Below, in pieces: positions 33,337-43,538 of a stretch of DNA of 64,000 nt (its first letter is position 1; each line of letters opens with the position of its first letter). The position numbers and the translations under genes were made by a program. The notes beneath the pieces are model-generated. The model searched no databases. It saw only the letters and a program-made list of their open reading frames with translations, and was not told where the DNA came from. Where the stretch lies: contig CALXWW010000002.1 of NCBI GenBank assembly GCA_944392545.1, positions 59,293 to 123,292 on the forward strand, in the 5' to 3' direction. Origin of the DNA: an uncultured Clostridia bacterium. GTDB lineage: Bacteria > Bacillota > Clostridia > TANB77 > CAG-508.

Positions 33337-34293
33337 TTATTTAACTATATTCCATACACCATTTTCTTTTACTAGATTTTGGTTAGCTTTAAGCGACACT
33401 ACAGGTCTAAATCCTCCACCCATTCCATAGTATGTTGCATAAATTGACTGTCCTTCTTCGTCAGTAATTTGGTATATATCTGCAGTTGGTAAGGCAGAAT
33501 CTACTCGTTGTCCTGGGCTTGATAACCAATAATTGCATCTTGTGTTTTCAGATGCATCTGTAAATTTAGGAAAGTATAGTTCGTTTGTATGTCCTTCTTT
33601 ATCTTTCATATCTATTGCAGCAGACCAGTTAGATGCATCATCTAATTTTACTTCGTATCCATTTTCTGCTACTCTTATTTCAATATTGTCATTATATTTC
33701 TCATTCCAACTTGCTATCCACATTTGCAATGTAGGTCCACCTATAGCATAATCAGCATATTCATTTACAAATGTAGTCCAATTTTCTGTATTTAATAATA
33801 TAGATACTGCTTTTGAACTTTCTTTATTAGCTTCTAATTTATAATCTCCTAGCATAAATCTTTCTTGAGAATTTCCTTGTAGTTCTTTCATGTCTTCCGT
33901 CAAGTATGAATTTTCAAAATATGCTAAGTAGTTTGAATTATTTGATAATTTTTGTATTCCAGAAATATCTGGCACTTTGTTTAATAATATACTGTTACTT
34001 GGAATTATATATGTGTATGTTCCGTCGTTATAAAAGATTTTCCAATCATTGCTCGTATCGCCATCATTATTTAAATCTATGCCATAATCTATATAGTCCC
34101 CGTAATATTCAGAAGTAACTTTTCCCGTTGCTGTTTCCACTTTTTGATTTTCATTTGTGCTTTCCTCATTTTGTACATTGTTATTTGCTTCGCTTTGTGT
34201 GTTAGTCTCCGTATTACCACAGCCTGTTAATGTTACTAAACAAACCATCAAAATAAATATAATGCTTATTCCTACTAGAGCTTTATTTTTCAT
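33337..34293 (-). CDS. Lipoprotein of unknown function
   Basis: Lipobox LTGCG; YYGDYIDY, WKIFYND, YWLSSP, GGGFRPVVSL. Confidence 0.75.
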   Translation of the reverse strand: MKNKALVGISIIFILMVCLVTLTGCGNTETNTQSEANNNVQNEESTNENQKVETATGKVTSEYYGDYIDYGIDLNNDGDTSNDWKIFYNDGTYTYIIPSNSILLNKVPDISGIQKLSNNSNYLAYFENSYLTEDMKELQGNSQERFMLGDYKLEANKESSKAVSILLNTENWTTFVNEYADYAIGGPTLQMWIASWNEKYNDNIEIRVAENGYEVKLDDASNWSAAIDMKDKEGHTNELYFPKFTDASENTRCNYWLSSPGQRVDSALPTADIYQITDEEGQSIYATYYGMGGGFRPVVSLKANQNLVKENGVWNIVK

Positions 34294-34321
34294 TCTTAAT
34301 CCTCCTTATTTTTAATATCAC

Positions 34322-35806
34322 TTACTCTAAATTTCCTTCTTCATCAAATTGTGTAACTATGTCTCCATCTTGGAAACTTGGTCCTGTAAATATCAATTTA
34401 TATTTTTTTCCATCTACAGATATGAGCATTGTTTGTATATGACTTAAATTACCGCCTTCTGGTCTTGAATAATATGAAAATACATAATATTCTAATCCAT
34501 CTGTATCTTTTACTTTTATATCTGAATATCCTCCAACAATTGTAAGTCCAGTTTCATTTGTTATACTAGGATTTTCTTCAGTTGTCGTTGTTCCCCATTT
34601 TTCTTTTATTATTTCATTTGCTTGCTCTGGTGTAATTGTTGCTGCACTAGTAGTATTTTCTATATTTAATATTTTCTTATCTGGTTCTTGAATTAGATAT
34701 ACTAAATCATATCTATGGTTTGTTTCCTCAATAGTTAATGTCTCTTTATCTATAACATAAGCTTGTTCTCCAGCAGTAGTTATATCTTGTCCCCAGTTCA
34801 TTACAGCTTGAATTTTTCCATTTCCTAAATCATAGAAATCTATAAAGTCATTTTCTTGTTCTTCCATAACGACAGTGTCTGTTCCGTTTGAATTAACTTT
34901 CAAAACATAGTTTGGATACATCATGTCTCCGCCGCTAGTTACTACATAGTATAATTTTCCATCTGCATAAATTCCTCCCATGAAAGTACTGTCTAGCTTT
35001 GTTTTTTGTCCTGATGCTATATTATATAGATAATAATTTGTATCTCTTGTACCATCTATCTTTTCTTCTTTATTATATATAATATCTTCTGCATTTCCCG
35101 AAAGCAACCCAATATTATAGTAGTATCTCCTACTTCCTATCATCTCGTTTGATGCACTATCTATTTCTTTTATTTCTCCAGTGGCTATATCATATTCTTT
35201 AAGATTACAACCTGGATTTCTTTCTACATAATATATTTTACCATTTATTTTATTTATATAGAAATGAACAATCTCCTCTGTATCTACTATGGTTTCAATT
35301 TTTCCTGTAGCTATATCATATGCGTATAACGGTCCTTCATTTTCTTTAAAATATATTTTTCCTTCATATACTCCCATTTGTTTATAATATGAAGTATATT
35401 CCATATCATAGGTAAATACTTTTTCTACTTTATAATTCCCATTTCCCTGACTTAAATCTATTGCATAAAAGTTGTTTTCGTATTGCAAATATATTTTTTC
35501 ACTAGAATAATCTAATGTTTCATACATTGTGCTACCATAGCTTGTAATGTCAATTGGTTCTCCACTTGTTTTTAATCCCACTATTTTATACTGATTTCCT
35601 TGTATTTCTTGTGCAAATCCGCATACCTCGCTTAATTCGTCATTAAGTTTTACTGTATCGCTACTTTCTTCTACTACTTCCTGTCCTTGTCCTTCCACAT
35701 TTGTAGTTTCTTTGTTTTCTCCACATCCTGTTAAAGTAAAGGCAATAGCAATTAAAAGTAAAGCACTTACAAAACTTAAAAATTTCTTTTTCACTTTCAT
35801 CCCCAC
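34322..35806 (-). CDS. Lipoprotein of unknown function (beta-propeller-like)
   Basis: Lipobox LTGCG; repeated YDIATG/YNIASG segments. Confidence 0.75.
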   Translation of the reverse strand: MGMKVKKKFLSFVSALLLIAIAFTLTGCGENKETTNVEGQGQEVVEESSDTVKLNDELSEVCGFAQEIQGNQYKIVGLKTSGEPIDITSYGSTMYETLDYSSEKIYLQYENNFYAIDLSQGNGNYKVEKVFTYDMEYTSYYKQMGVYEGKIYFKENEGPLYAYDIATGKIETIVDTEEIVHFYINKINGKIYYVERNPGCNLKEYDIATGEIKEIDSASNEMIGSRRYYYNIGLLSGNAEDIIYNKEEKIDGTRDTNYYLYNIASGQKTKLDSTFMGGIYADGKLYYVVTSGGDMMYPNYVLKVNSNGTDTVVMEEQENDFIDFYDLGNGKIQAVMNWGQDITTAGEQAYVIDKETLTIEETNHRYDLVYLIQEPDKKILNIENTTSAATITPEQANEIIKEKWGTTTTEENPSITNETGLTIVGGYSDIKVKDTDGLEYYVFSYYSRPEGGNLSHIQTMLISVDGKKYKLIFTGPSFQDGDIVTQFDEEGNLE

Positions 35807-35901
35807 TTTCTAATAAATTATTTTTTTATTTAAGATTTCTTTCAACATAGATATTATATTACAAAAAAATCAAAAAGTATATATTTTTAAGTAAAAATAT
35901 A

Positions 35902-35931
35902 ACACCTACCAATTAAATTTAAGGTAGGTGT
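35902..35931 (-). terminator. Intrinsic terminator
   Basis: ACACCTACC / GGTAGGTGT stem downstream of the 35961 gene. Confidence 0.65.
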
Positions 35932-35960
35932 ATGTATAGTATTTATTTTAATTTATTTAA

Positions 35961-37256
35961 TTATTTATTTTTGTTTTTATTTACAACAACTAATGCTACA
36001 GTTGCAACTAATACTATTATAGCAGCTATTTCTATATTAGCCATTATACCTGTTTTTGGTGTATCATCTTTTTCACCATCAACTGTTGGTTCTTCTGCTT
36101 CTACTTCTTGATCAACATAAGCTAATGCATAAGTAGAGAATTTATCTGATTCAAATGATATTGTGTTATCATCATTAACTGTTGTATTTAAAACTTCTAT
36201 TTCTCCATTATGATCTCTTACTACATAGTATACTCTTTCATATCCTTCAGCCACTTCTGGTAAACCTTCTGGAATTGCAACGCTTAATGTTATAGGATTT
36301 GATAATTCTGTTAATTCACCAGCACTTTCTCCATTTATTGTTACTGGTATTGTAATATCATATAATCCTACTAGACTAGCACCTGCTACTTTTTCATTTA
36401 CAGCTTCTACTACGTTTGCATTTTCTTCTTCAGCAGCTTCAGCTACTTTAACTGCTATTTCTACAGAATCTGCTGGATTTAATGTTATACCATTATTTTC
36501 TAAAGAACTTGTTAATGTTTCATCTGCATTTTCAGCTATTACTAATGCATTTTCATCTTGTACAACTTCAACAGTTGTTCCTGGTAATGTTGCATAAACA
36601 TTTATTCCTTCTGCTACATTAATATTGCAGAACCATAAATATTTTACAGATACATCTTCTTGCTCTAATATTGGATTTTTATCATCTGGTCCTTGTATAG
36701 TATCCATATCAACATTTCCTGTTGAACCTACAACTGTATCTCCGCTTAATACAGTGAAGTTAACATATGGTGTATCGTTTTCTACGAACATATTCCATTG
36801 ATATGTATAAATACCAGTTCTATCAATAGTTGCACTAAATTTTGGTGCCCATCCTGCTGTTAATGTAACTTCATCTTCAGCAGTTTTTTGAGACATAACT
36901 ACAGCTTCTGTAACATATTCATTAGCTGCATTTCTTAATGCTAATGAAACTTCAAAATATTCTCCTGAAGCTATTTTGTCCATGTCTACTTCTACATAGG
37001 TTTCTTCTAGGATTCCTTCTGCAAGTTTAGCTGTACTTGCTTTACTGAATGGTCCTACATACATTCCTCCAGATGCCACTGTTTCACCTTTTAGATTTGT
37101 AACATTTTCGCTTACTGGTGTTTTTGTACCATAGCCACTTCCAGCTGTGAAGCTATCATAGTTGTAAGTTGCTGCATTTACGCTAGTACTAAATAATGAA
37201 ATAATTAATGCTAACGCAAATATAACACATAGTGTTACTTTAAATAATTTTTTCAT
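35961..37256 (-). CDS. Secreted surface protein with sortase-like PKTG anchor
   Basis: Signal peptide (VNA), YVVRDHNG..FESDKFSTYALAY, C-terminal TPKTG + TM + basic tail. Confidence 0.75.
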   Translation of the reverse strand: MKKLFKVTLCVIFALALIISLFSTSVNAATYNYDSFTAGSGYGTKTPVSENVTNLKGETVASGGMYVGPFSKASTAKLAEGILEETYVEVDMDKIASGEYFEVSLALRNAANEYVTEAVVMSQKTAEDEVTLTAGWAPKFSATIDRTGIYTYQWNMFVENDTPYVNFTVLSGDTVVGSTGNVDMDTIQGPDDKNPILEQEDVSVKYLWFCNINVAEGINVYATLPGTTVEVVQDENALVIAENADETLTSSLENNGITLNPADSVEIAVKVAEAAEEENANVVEAVNEKVAGASLVGLYDITIPVTINGESAGELTELSNPITLSVAIPEGLPEVAEGYERVYYVVRDHNGEIEVLNTTVNDDNTISFESDKFSTYALAYVDQEVEAEEPTVDGEKDDTPKTGIMANIEIAAIIVLVATVALVVVNKNKNK

Positions 37257-37483
37257 ACTTTCCTTCTCCTTTTATTATATTTAGTTTTAAAGTTAAATTT
37301 TCACTATATAAATAGTGAATTTTAAAACTATAGCTATTCTATCATTTGATTTAATGAAGTTCAATAGCAAAACTAATTTTAATTTTTATTTTGCTCTTCA
37401 AATCTCGTGTATTGTTAGAGTCATGCCATTTATATGTTTTATTACATTACTATTACATTTACTTTACATTTTTGTAACAAATC

Positions 37484-37547
37484 TGGAACAAAGGTACACT
37501 TTGGCAAATTCCAAATTTGAAACGAACCAAAATGTACCTTTGTTCCA
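37484..37547. repeat. REP-like long inverted repeat / terminator of ytfJ
   Basis: TGGAACAAAGGTACA...TGTACCTTTGTTCCA, 15-bp perfect arms. Confidence 0.75.
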
Positions 37548-38195
37548 TTATTCTCCCTCTTCCGGATAGTTTTCTTTGTTTTCCTCATCTGTATAATCAT
37601 ATTCATAATCCACAGGAACTACTGGAGGAACTACACCTGTTAAATGTTCTCTGCTTATCCTGTTTCGTTTTGGACGAATTCTGCTTGCATTTTGTATTGT
37701 TTCTGTAAGATTTTCTATTGTTTCTTTTGCTTCTTTGTGCTCTTTATCTAATCTCTTTGCTTCCTCTTTCTTTTCTTCCTTTTTGTTTTGCATTGTTTTG
37801 TTCAAATAACAATTTACTTTTTCCATTAAATCTGGTACATAGTCTATTAATCTGTCTATTGCTGAAGAATGGTTTACTGGCAATAGTTTCACATTATTAG
37901 GACTTACTACTAAAAATGCAACTGGTGATATACTAACACCTGCACCAGAACCTCCTCCAAACGGTAATCTATATTGTACCTGTTCTTCTTTTTCTTTTTT
38001 AGTATATTCATCTAAAGTCTCTCCTTTAAATTCACTTCCTCCTGCTGCAAATCCAAATCCTACTTTTGAAATTGGTATAATTACCATATTGTTACTTGTC
38101 TCTATTGGTTCTCCTATAATTGTATTTACGTCTACCATATCTTGTATACTATTCATTGCTGTAAGCATAAGACCTTCTATTGGGTGTTCACTCAT
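37548..38195 (-). CDS. ytfJ: Sporulation protein GerW/YtfJ
   Basis: MSEHPIEGLM..MVDVNTIIGEPI, IPISKVGFGFAAGGSEF, PFGGGSGAGVSISPVAFLVV. Confidence 0.93.
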   Translation of the reverse strand: MSEHPIEGLMLTAMNSIQDMVDVNTIIGEPIETSNNMVIIPISKVGFGFAAGGSEFKGETLDEYTKKEKEEQVQYRLPFGGGSGAGVSISPVAFLVVSPNNVKLLPVNHSSAIDRLIDYVPDLMEKVNCYLNKTMQNKKEEKKEEAKRLDKEHKEAKETIENLTETIQNASRIRPKRNRISREHLTGVVPPVVPVDYEYDYTDEENKENYPEEGE

Positions 38196-38220
38196 TTTAT
38201 CAACTCTCCTTTAATTTTAT

Positions 38221-38880
38221 TTATTGATAATATGTACCAATTTTACTTAATTTATACATTTTTTTCTTATTCTTATCTTTCTTACTCTTATATATTTTAT
38301 AAACTGCATTTAAAATTTTTATTACTTTAATTTTTACGCCAATATTTAATTTCATGTCATATACATTTCCATTATTATATATCGGCTTTACCTCATATTT
38401 AATATTATTTACGTCTTCTTTTTCTACAGTGTATGGCAGTAAAATAGAAATTAATGTAGATATAATTGGTACAGAATATGTTGTAAGAAGTACGTCATCT
38501 ATCCCAAGTTTTAATTTTAAGTCCAAATATGATATTTTAGGTTTTATGTTCATAACTTCTTTTATATCTGATATACTTATTTCTCTTTCTAATTCTTTAA
38601 TTTTTGTTTTATCTAAATGCATTTTTAACGTTATTTTTTTAATTTTTCTAGAATTCAAATTTAGTGAAAAGTATTTTAATTTGTTTAATATTTCTAATGC
38701 TATATTAACTTCATATTTAGAATATTTCTTTGAATTTGTAAATGTAGACTTTTCTTTATTTGTAGTTAGATTAGATGTCTTAAAGTTTTTTATTTCTATT
38801 TTTAGAGTAGAGAATATTATTAAGAAAAAAAGAGAAATAGCTATTATTAAAATTGTACAAAAAAGTAAAACTAATACCAT
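38221..38880 (-). CDS. DUF2953/YtfI-like protein
   Basis: N-terminal TM, LGIDD..LT motif, EVKPIYN; position immediately upstream of ytfJ. Confidence 0.65.
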   Translation of the reverse strand: MVLVLLFCTILIIAISLFFLIIFSTLKIEIKNFKTSNLTTNKEKSTFTNSKKYSKYEVNIALEILNKLKYFSLNLNSRKIKKITLKMHLDKTKIKELEREISISDIKEVMNIKPKISYLDLKLKLGIDDVLLTTYSVPIISTLISILLPYTVEKEDVNNIKYEVKPIYNNGNVYDMKLNIGVKIKVIKILNAVYKIYKSKKDKNKKKMYKLSKIGTYYQ

Positions 38881-38955
38881 AATAACCTCCTTTGAAGTTA
38901 TTTAGTATTAGTTTTTCCATTTTTTGCTTTTTTAAACATCTTTTGTTATATTATT

Positions 38956-39714
38956 TTAAGCCTGTTTTTTATTATTTTTCTCAACAGTTATATTCCCAAA
39001 AAGTTCTTCTTGCGAAGTTAAAACTTTGCTTCTTCTTGAAAGTTCTAATAATCCTGTAAAAGCTGTTACTATTTCCTTGTTAGAACATTTCTGCTTAGGA
39101 AATAAGTTATTAAATACAAAGCTCTTGCTATGTAATAATGCTTTAAACATTGTTTTTACTTTATCTGCTACAGTATATGTTTCTGTAATAGCAATTTTCT
39201 CTATATTCTTTGCATTTTTATTTAATCTAGTACTACTTTTCTCTATTATTTCTGCATACATAGAAGATATAGTTTCTTTTTGATATTCTTTTTCTAGCTT
39301 TTGCTTTGGAAGTTCTATTTCTTCTGGCAATTTAAAAATATTTTTACCACCATTTTCGTACATTTCTCTTAATGTTTTAGTTATTTCTTTATACTTTTTA
39401 TATTCTATTATTCGCCTTAATATTTCCTCCTCTGTTAGTTCTTCTTCCTCTTCTGCTTGATTAGGAAGTAAATTCTTTGATTTTAGATATAATAAAGTTG
39501 AGGCCATAACTAAAAATTCACTTGTTATTTCTAAATTCATTCTTTCCATTTGATTTATATATTCTATATATTGGTCTGTAATTTCTCCTAGATTTATATC
39601 ATATATATTCATTTTGTTTTTATCTATCAAATGACATAGTAAATCTAGAGGACCTTCAAAATTCTCTAGTTTTACTTTATATTTATTTGTTTCTAATGTT
39701 AAAATATTTTGCAT
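38956..39714 (-). CDS. scpA: Segregation and condensation protein A
   Basis: LENFEGPLDLLCHLI, SEFLVMASTLLYLKSKNLLP, FTGLLEL. Confidence 0.93.
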   Translation of the reverse strand: MQNILTLETNKYKVKLENFEGPLDLLCHLIDKNKMNIYDINLGEITDQYIEYINQMERMNLEITSEFLVMASTLLYLKSKNLLPNQAEEEEELTEEEILRRIIEYKKYKEITKTLREMYENGGKNIFKLPEEIELPKQKLEKEYQKETISSMYAEIIEKSSTRLNKNAKNIEKIAITETYTVADKVKTMFKALLHSKSFVFNNLFPKQKCSNKEIVTAFTGLLELSRRSKVLTSQEELFGNITVEKNNKKQA

Positions 39715-39723
39715 TTTTTTCTC

Positions 39724-40185
39724 CTAATCCTTTAGTCTTGAAATTGCTTCTTTAATATTATCTGTTTTATATCCTTTTTTTATTAGGTATTGAATAATAT
39801 CTTGCTCTTCTGTATTACTCTGTTTTTTTAAAATTATATTTTTAGCAGAGTTTATCTCATATTCAGTTAGTTCTTCATTTTTACTGCTTGCATAGTCTTC
39901 GATTAAATTAATATTTAGTCCTTTTGACATTAACTTATATTTTAACTCTTTTACAGATAGATTATTAATATTCATGTGTTCTGTAACTGCTCTATCTATA
40001 TAATTACTATCATTAATATATCCTATTTCTTTTAATTCTTCAATTACCTCTTCTACTAGTTCGGTTTCTTCTATATTAGCAAATTTTCGTTTTATTTCTT
40101 CTTCCGTTCTTTTTTTATACATTATATATTTTAGCATTTTTGTTTTTAATTTATCTTTTTTCTCTAATTCTTCTAAATTTGTCAT
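39724..40185 (-). CDS. recX: RecA regulator RecX
   Basis: KRTEEEIKRK, LKEIGYINDSNY, YLIKKGY; directly downstream of recA. Confidence 0.8.
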   Translation of the reverse strand: MTNLEELEKKDKLKTKMLKYIMYKKRTEEEIKRKFANIEETELVEEVIEELKEIGYINDSNYIDRAVTEHMNINNLSVKELKYKLMSKGLNINLIEDYASSKNEELTEYEINSAKNIILKKQSNTEEQDIIQYLIKKGYKTDNIKEAISRLKD

Positions 40186-40221
40186 TTAAAACTCCCTTTT
40201 AATTGCCCTAAATTAGAAATT

Positions 40222-41280
40222 TTATTCTTCTGGCTCTCTCTCTTGTTCTTCATCTATTTCTTCTTCGCCTAAACTCTTCTCAAATGCAGCATTAAAGTTG
40301 TCTCTTATTTTTTGTTCTACTTCACTCGTTACTTCTGGATTATCTATTAAGTATTTCTTTACATTTTCTCTTCCTTGACCAATTCTTTCTCCATTATAGC
40401 TAAACCATGAACCTGATTTTTCTATTATATCCAAGTTTACAGCTATATCTAAAATATTTCCTTCTTTTGAAATACCTTTGCCATAAACAATATCAAACTC
40501 AGCCTCTCTAAAAGGTGGCGCTACTTTGTTTTTTACAACTTTTACTCTTGCTCTATTTCCTATTACTTCTCCATCTTGTTTGATATTTTCTATTTTTCTT
40601 ATATCTAATCTTACAGAGGCATAATATTTCAATGCTCTACCACCAGCTGTAGTCTCTGGATTTCCAAACATTACACCAACTTTTTCCCTTAATTGGTTTA
40701 TAAATATTACAACTGCTTTTGATTTATTTATAACACCAGCAAGTTTTCTTAATGCTTGTGACATAAGTCTTGCTTGTAAGCCAACATGTGCGTCTCCCAT
40801 ATCTCCATCTATTTCTGCTTTTGGAACTAATGCTGCAACAGAGTCTACAACAATTATATCTATAGCACCACTTCTAACTAGTGCTTCAGTAATTTCTAAG
40901 GCTTGTTCTCCTGTATCTGGCTGAGAAACTATTAAATTATCTATATCTACTCCTAAATGTTTTGAATATACTGGATCTAGTGCATGCTCTGCATCTATAA
41001 ATGCTGCTTCTCCACCTAGTTTTTGTGCTTCTGCTATCATATGTAATGCAAGTGTTGTTTTACCAGATGACTCTGGTCCATATATTTCTATTATTCTTCC
41101 TCTAGGAATACCTCCTATTCCTAAAGCTATATCTAAACTCAATGCGCCTGTTGGAATTGCCTCCACTTCCATTGCGCCAAAGTCTCCTAATTTCATAACT
41201 GAACCTTTACCAAATTGCTTTTCTATTTGTCCTAATGCTGCTTCTAACGCTTTCATTTTTTCTGGATTTTGATTACTCAT
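40222..41280 (-). CDS. recA: Recombinase RecA
   Basis: [40 protein letters not shown]. Confidence 0.99.
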   Translation of the reverse strand: MSNQNPEKMKALEAALGQIEKQFGKGSVMKLGDFGAMEVEAIPTGALSLDIALGIGGIPRGRIIEIYGPESSGKTTLALHMIAEAQKLGGEAAFIDAEHALDPVYSKHLGVDIDNLIVSQPDTGEQALEITEALVRSGAIDIIVVDSVAALVPKAEIDGDMGDAHVGLQARLMSQALRKLAGVINKSKAVVIFINQLREKVGVMFGNPETTAGGRALKYYASVRLDIRKIENIKQDGEVIGNRARVKVVKNKVAPPFREAEFDIVYGKGISKEGNILDIAVNLDIIEKSGSWFSYNGERIGQGRENVKKYLIDNPEVTSEVEQKIRDNFNAAFEKSLGEEEIDEEQEREPEE

Positions 41281-41314
41281 TTATTTTTCCTCCTAATTTT
41301 TATTTTGCATTTTA

Positions 41315-41356
41315 AAACAACTGTTTGTATTATATCTTATTTTTAAATTTTGTCAA
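41315..41356 (-). promoter_or_regulatory. recA SigA promoter with LexA (SOS)-like box
   Basis: TTGACA (41356-41351)-16 nt-TATAAT (41334-41329); AAAC-N4-GTTT palindrome at 41315-41326. Confidence 0.7.
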
Positions 41357-41414
41357 GTATTTTTTATGATATTTTTCCTAATAATTTTTAGTATTTTACA
41401 ACAGTTACATATTT

Positions 41415-43016
41415 TTATTGTCTATACCAATTTTCAAAATTATGGTACACACTATAGTTATTCGGTGTAACTTCTCCGGTAAGTCTTATACTATATATTA
41501 CTTTCTCTCTGTTTCTATATAAGCAAATATATGGCATTTCGTCTTCATATATTTCTATTATCCTATTATATCTTTCTTTTAGTAAATTTTTGTCAGAAAT
41601 ATTTTTTACATCATTTAGTATTCCTTTTATTTCTTCGTTTTCATAATTTGCTATATTGTCTTCTCTAAAAAAGTATGTCAAATCTGGACTATATCCATTA
41701 TTTACGCCTGTTATAATCATATCATAATCTTTATCTTCTAAATAGCTTTTGTACGCAGAATTTGATACCTTATATACATACACATTTATACCTATATCCT
41801 CTAATTGTTCTGCTATAAGTTCTGCTACTTTCACTCTTGTTTCATTGCTATTATCTACAACTAAATTAAACTCCAAATATTCTGTTACATAATCTTCTGT
41901 TTTTCTCCAATATCCATATTTATACTCCCATCCAGCATCTTCCAAAACTTTTTTAGCTTTTTCTTGTGAATAATTAGATTTACCTTCTTTAGAGTATAAA
42001 TAACTTCCATAATCTATTGGAAAAGAGGATACATAGTAGCTGTTACCAAATATTACTGAATTTATTTTATTTTTATCTATTGCATAATTTATAGCTTGTC
42101 TTACTTCTTTATTGGCTAATACTCCTTCCTTACAGTTAATACTAATAAAATCAAGTTCTCTACCTTTATATTCTTTAGTACCAAATCCAATGGTACCTAC
42201 ATATTTTTCTACGTTTGTATTAGATGTGCACACCAAATCTATATTTCCTATTTTTAAACTGTTATATGCATCTCCTATTGTATCAAAAAATGTAATTATT
42301 ACTTTTGTAATTTTACGTTCTATATTGTTTGAATCTCTCCAATTTTCATTTTGCTCAAGCTCAATATATTCTCCTGTAGCTGCAGTAACTTTATACATTC
42401 CTGTAGCTTTTGGTGCAAATCTCGATTTATAAAAGTCCTCATTTTTAAATTGTGCACTTGATACTATTGGAAATATTAAATTATATTCAAAAAAAGCCTC
42501 CTCTTTTTTTAAATTTATTCTTACTGTATTTCCATCTATTATCTCTACTGATTTTATATTCTTTACATTATCTGAATATATAGATTTTCCTTCTTGTAAC
42601 CTTTCTATTGTATATTTTACATCCTCACCTGTAACACTGCTTCCATCTTCCCATTTTAAACCATCTTTCAGCTTCACCAAATATGTTGTTCTGTCTGTTT
42701 TCGACCATTCTTCTGCTAAACAATTTTCTATTTCATAACTTTCTGTAAGTTTTAATAAAGGGTCATATAATATTGTAGATAAACTAATAATATCTTTGTT
42801 TTTAGTTATAAGAGGATTGATATTATCAAAATCTGAAATGCCAATATTTAAAATCGATTCAGTTTCCTGTATTGTTTGTTTTTCCGTTTCTTCGTTGCTT
42901 ATATTATTTTCTTGTTTTGAATCTATTTTATATATTGCAAATATTATTATACCTATTACAAATATTATAAAGAAATATTTAATTATATTAGATTTAGATT
43001 TCATACTATCCTCCAT
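41415..43016 (-). CDS. Family-5 (OppA-like) ABC substrate-binding protein, orphan
   Basis: FDNINPL, LYDPLL, WEDGSSVTGEDV, VRQAINYAID, LEDAGW; no permease genes adjacent. Confidence 0.85.
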   Translation of the reverse strand: MEDSMKSKSNIIKYFFIIFVIGIIIFAIYKIDSKQENNISNEETEKQTIQETESILNIGISDFDNINPLITKNKDIISLSTILYDPLLKLTESYEIENCLAEEWSKTDRTTYLVKLKDGLKWEDGSSVTGEDVKYTIERLQEGKSIYSDNVKNIKSVEIIDGNTVRINLKKEEAFFEYNLIFPIVSSAQFKNEDFYKSRFAPKATGMYKVTAATGEYIELEQNENWRDSNNIERKITKVIITFFDTIGDAYNSLKIGNIDLVCTSNTNVEKYVGTIGFGTKEYKGRELDFISINCKEGVLANKEVRQAINYAIDKNKINSVIFGNSYYVSSFPIDYGSYLYSKEGKSNYSQEKAKKVLEDAGWEYKYGYWRKTEDYVTEYLEFNLVVDNSNETRVKVAELIAEQLEDIGINVYVYKVSNSAYKSYLEDKDYDMIITGVNNGYSPDLTYFFREDNIANYENEEIKGILNDVKNISDKNLLKERYNRIIEIYEDEMPYICLYRNREKVIYSIRLTGEVTPNNYSVYHNFENWYRQ

Positions 43017-43144
43017 ATAGATCTATTATTTTAGATATGTATTAATATATAACATAACTATGTTTTTTTCAAGGTGTTTTAAAAGAAAAAAGGGTACACA
43101 TTTATACTGTGCCCCCTATACAAATTTATATCATTAAAAATTAA

Positions 43145-43408
43145 TTATTTTCTAGATTCCACTATAAGTTTTATACCTGTTCTATCTTCTCCTTCTACTT
43201 CCACTTCTGCAAATGCAGGTATACAAACCAAATCTACTCCTGCTGGTGCTACAAATCCTCTTGCTATTGCTACTGCTTTTACAGCTTGATTAAGCGCCCC
43301 TGCCCCTATTGCTTGCATTTCTGCTTTGTTAGATTCCTTTACCAAACCTGCAATAGCCCCTGCTACTGAATTTGGATTTGATTTTGATGAGATTTTTAAA
43401 ATTTCCAT
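43145..43408 (-). CDS. spoVS: Stage V sporulation protein S
   Basis: MEILKISSKSNPNSVAGAIAG..AIGAGALNQAVKAVAIARGF. Confidence 0.97.
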   Translation of the reverse strand: MEILKISSKSNPNSVAGAIAGLVKESNKAEMQAIGAGALNQAVKAVAIARGFVAPAGVDLVCIPAFAEVEVEGEDRTGIKLIVESRK

Positions 43409-43520
43409 TTTTGCCTCCTATATTTTTTTATTTGTTTTAATCAACGATTATATTTATATTACAATTTCTGGAAATTGTCTATAGGTTTTTGGAAAAAAAA
43501 GGAAAAACTCATCGTGTAGT

Positions 43521-43537
43521 TTCGACACCTTTCGACA
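43521..43537 (-). promoter_or_regulatory. Two tandem Spo0A boxes upstream of spoVS
   Basis: TGTCGAA twice on the minus strand with 10-bp period (43521-43527, 43531-43537). Confidence 0.72.
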
Positions 43538-43538
43538 T

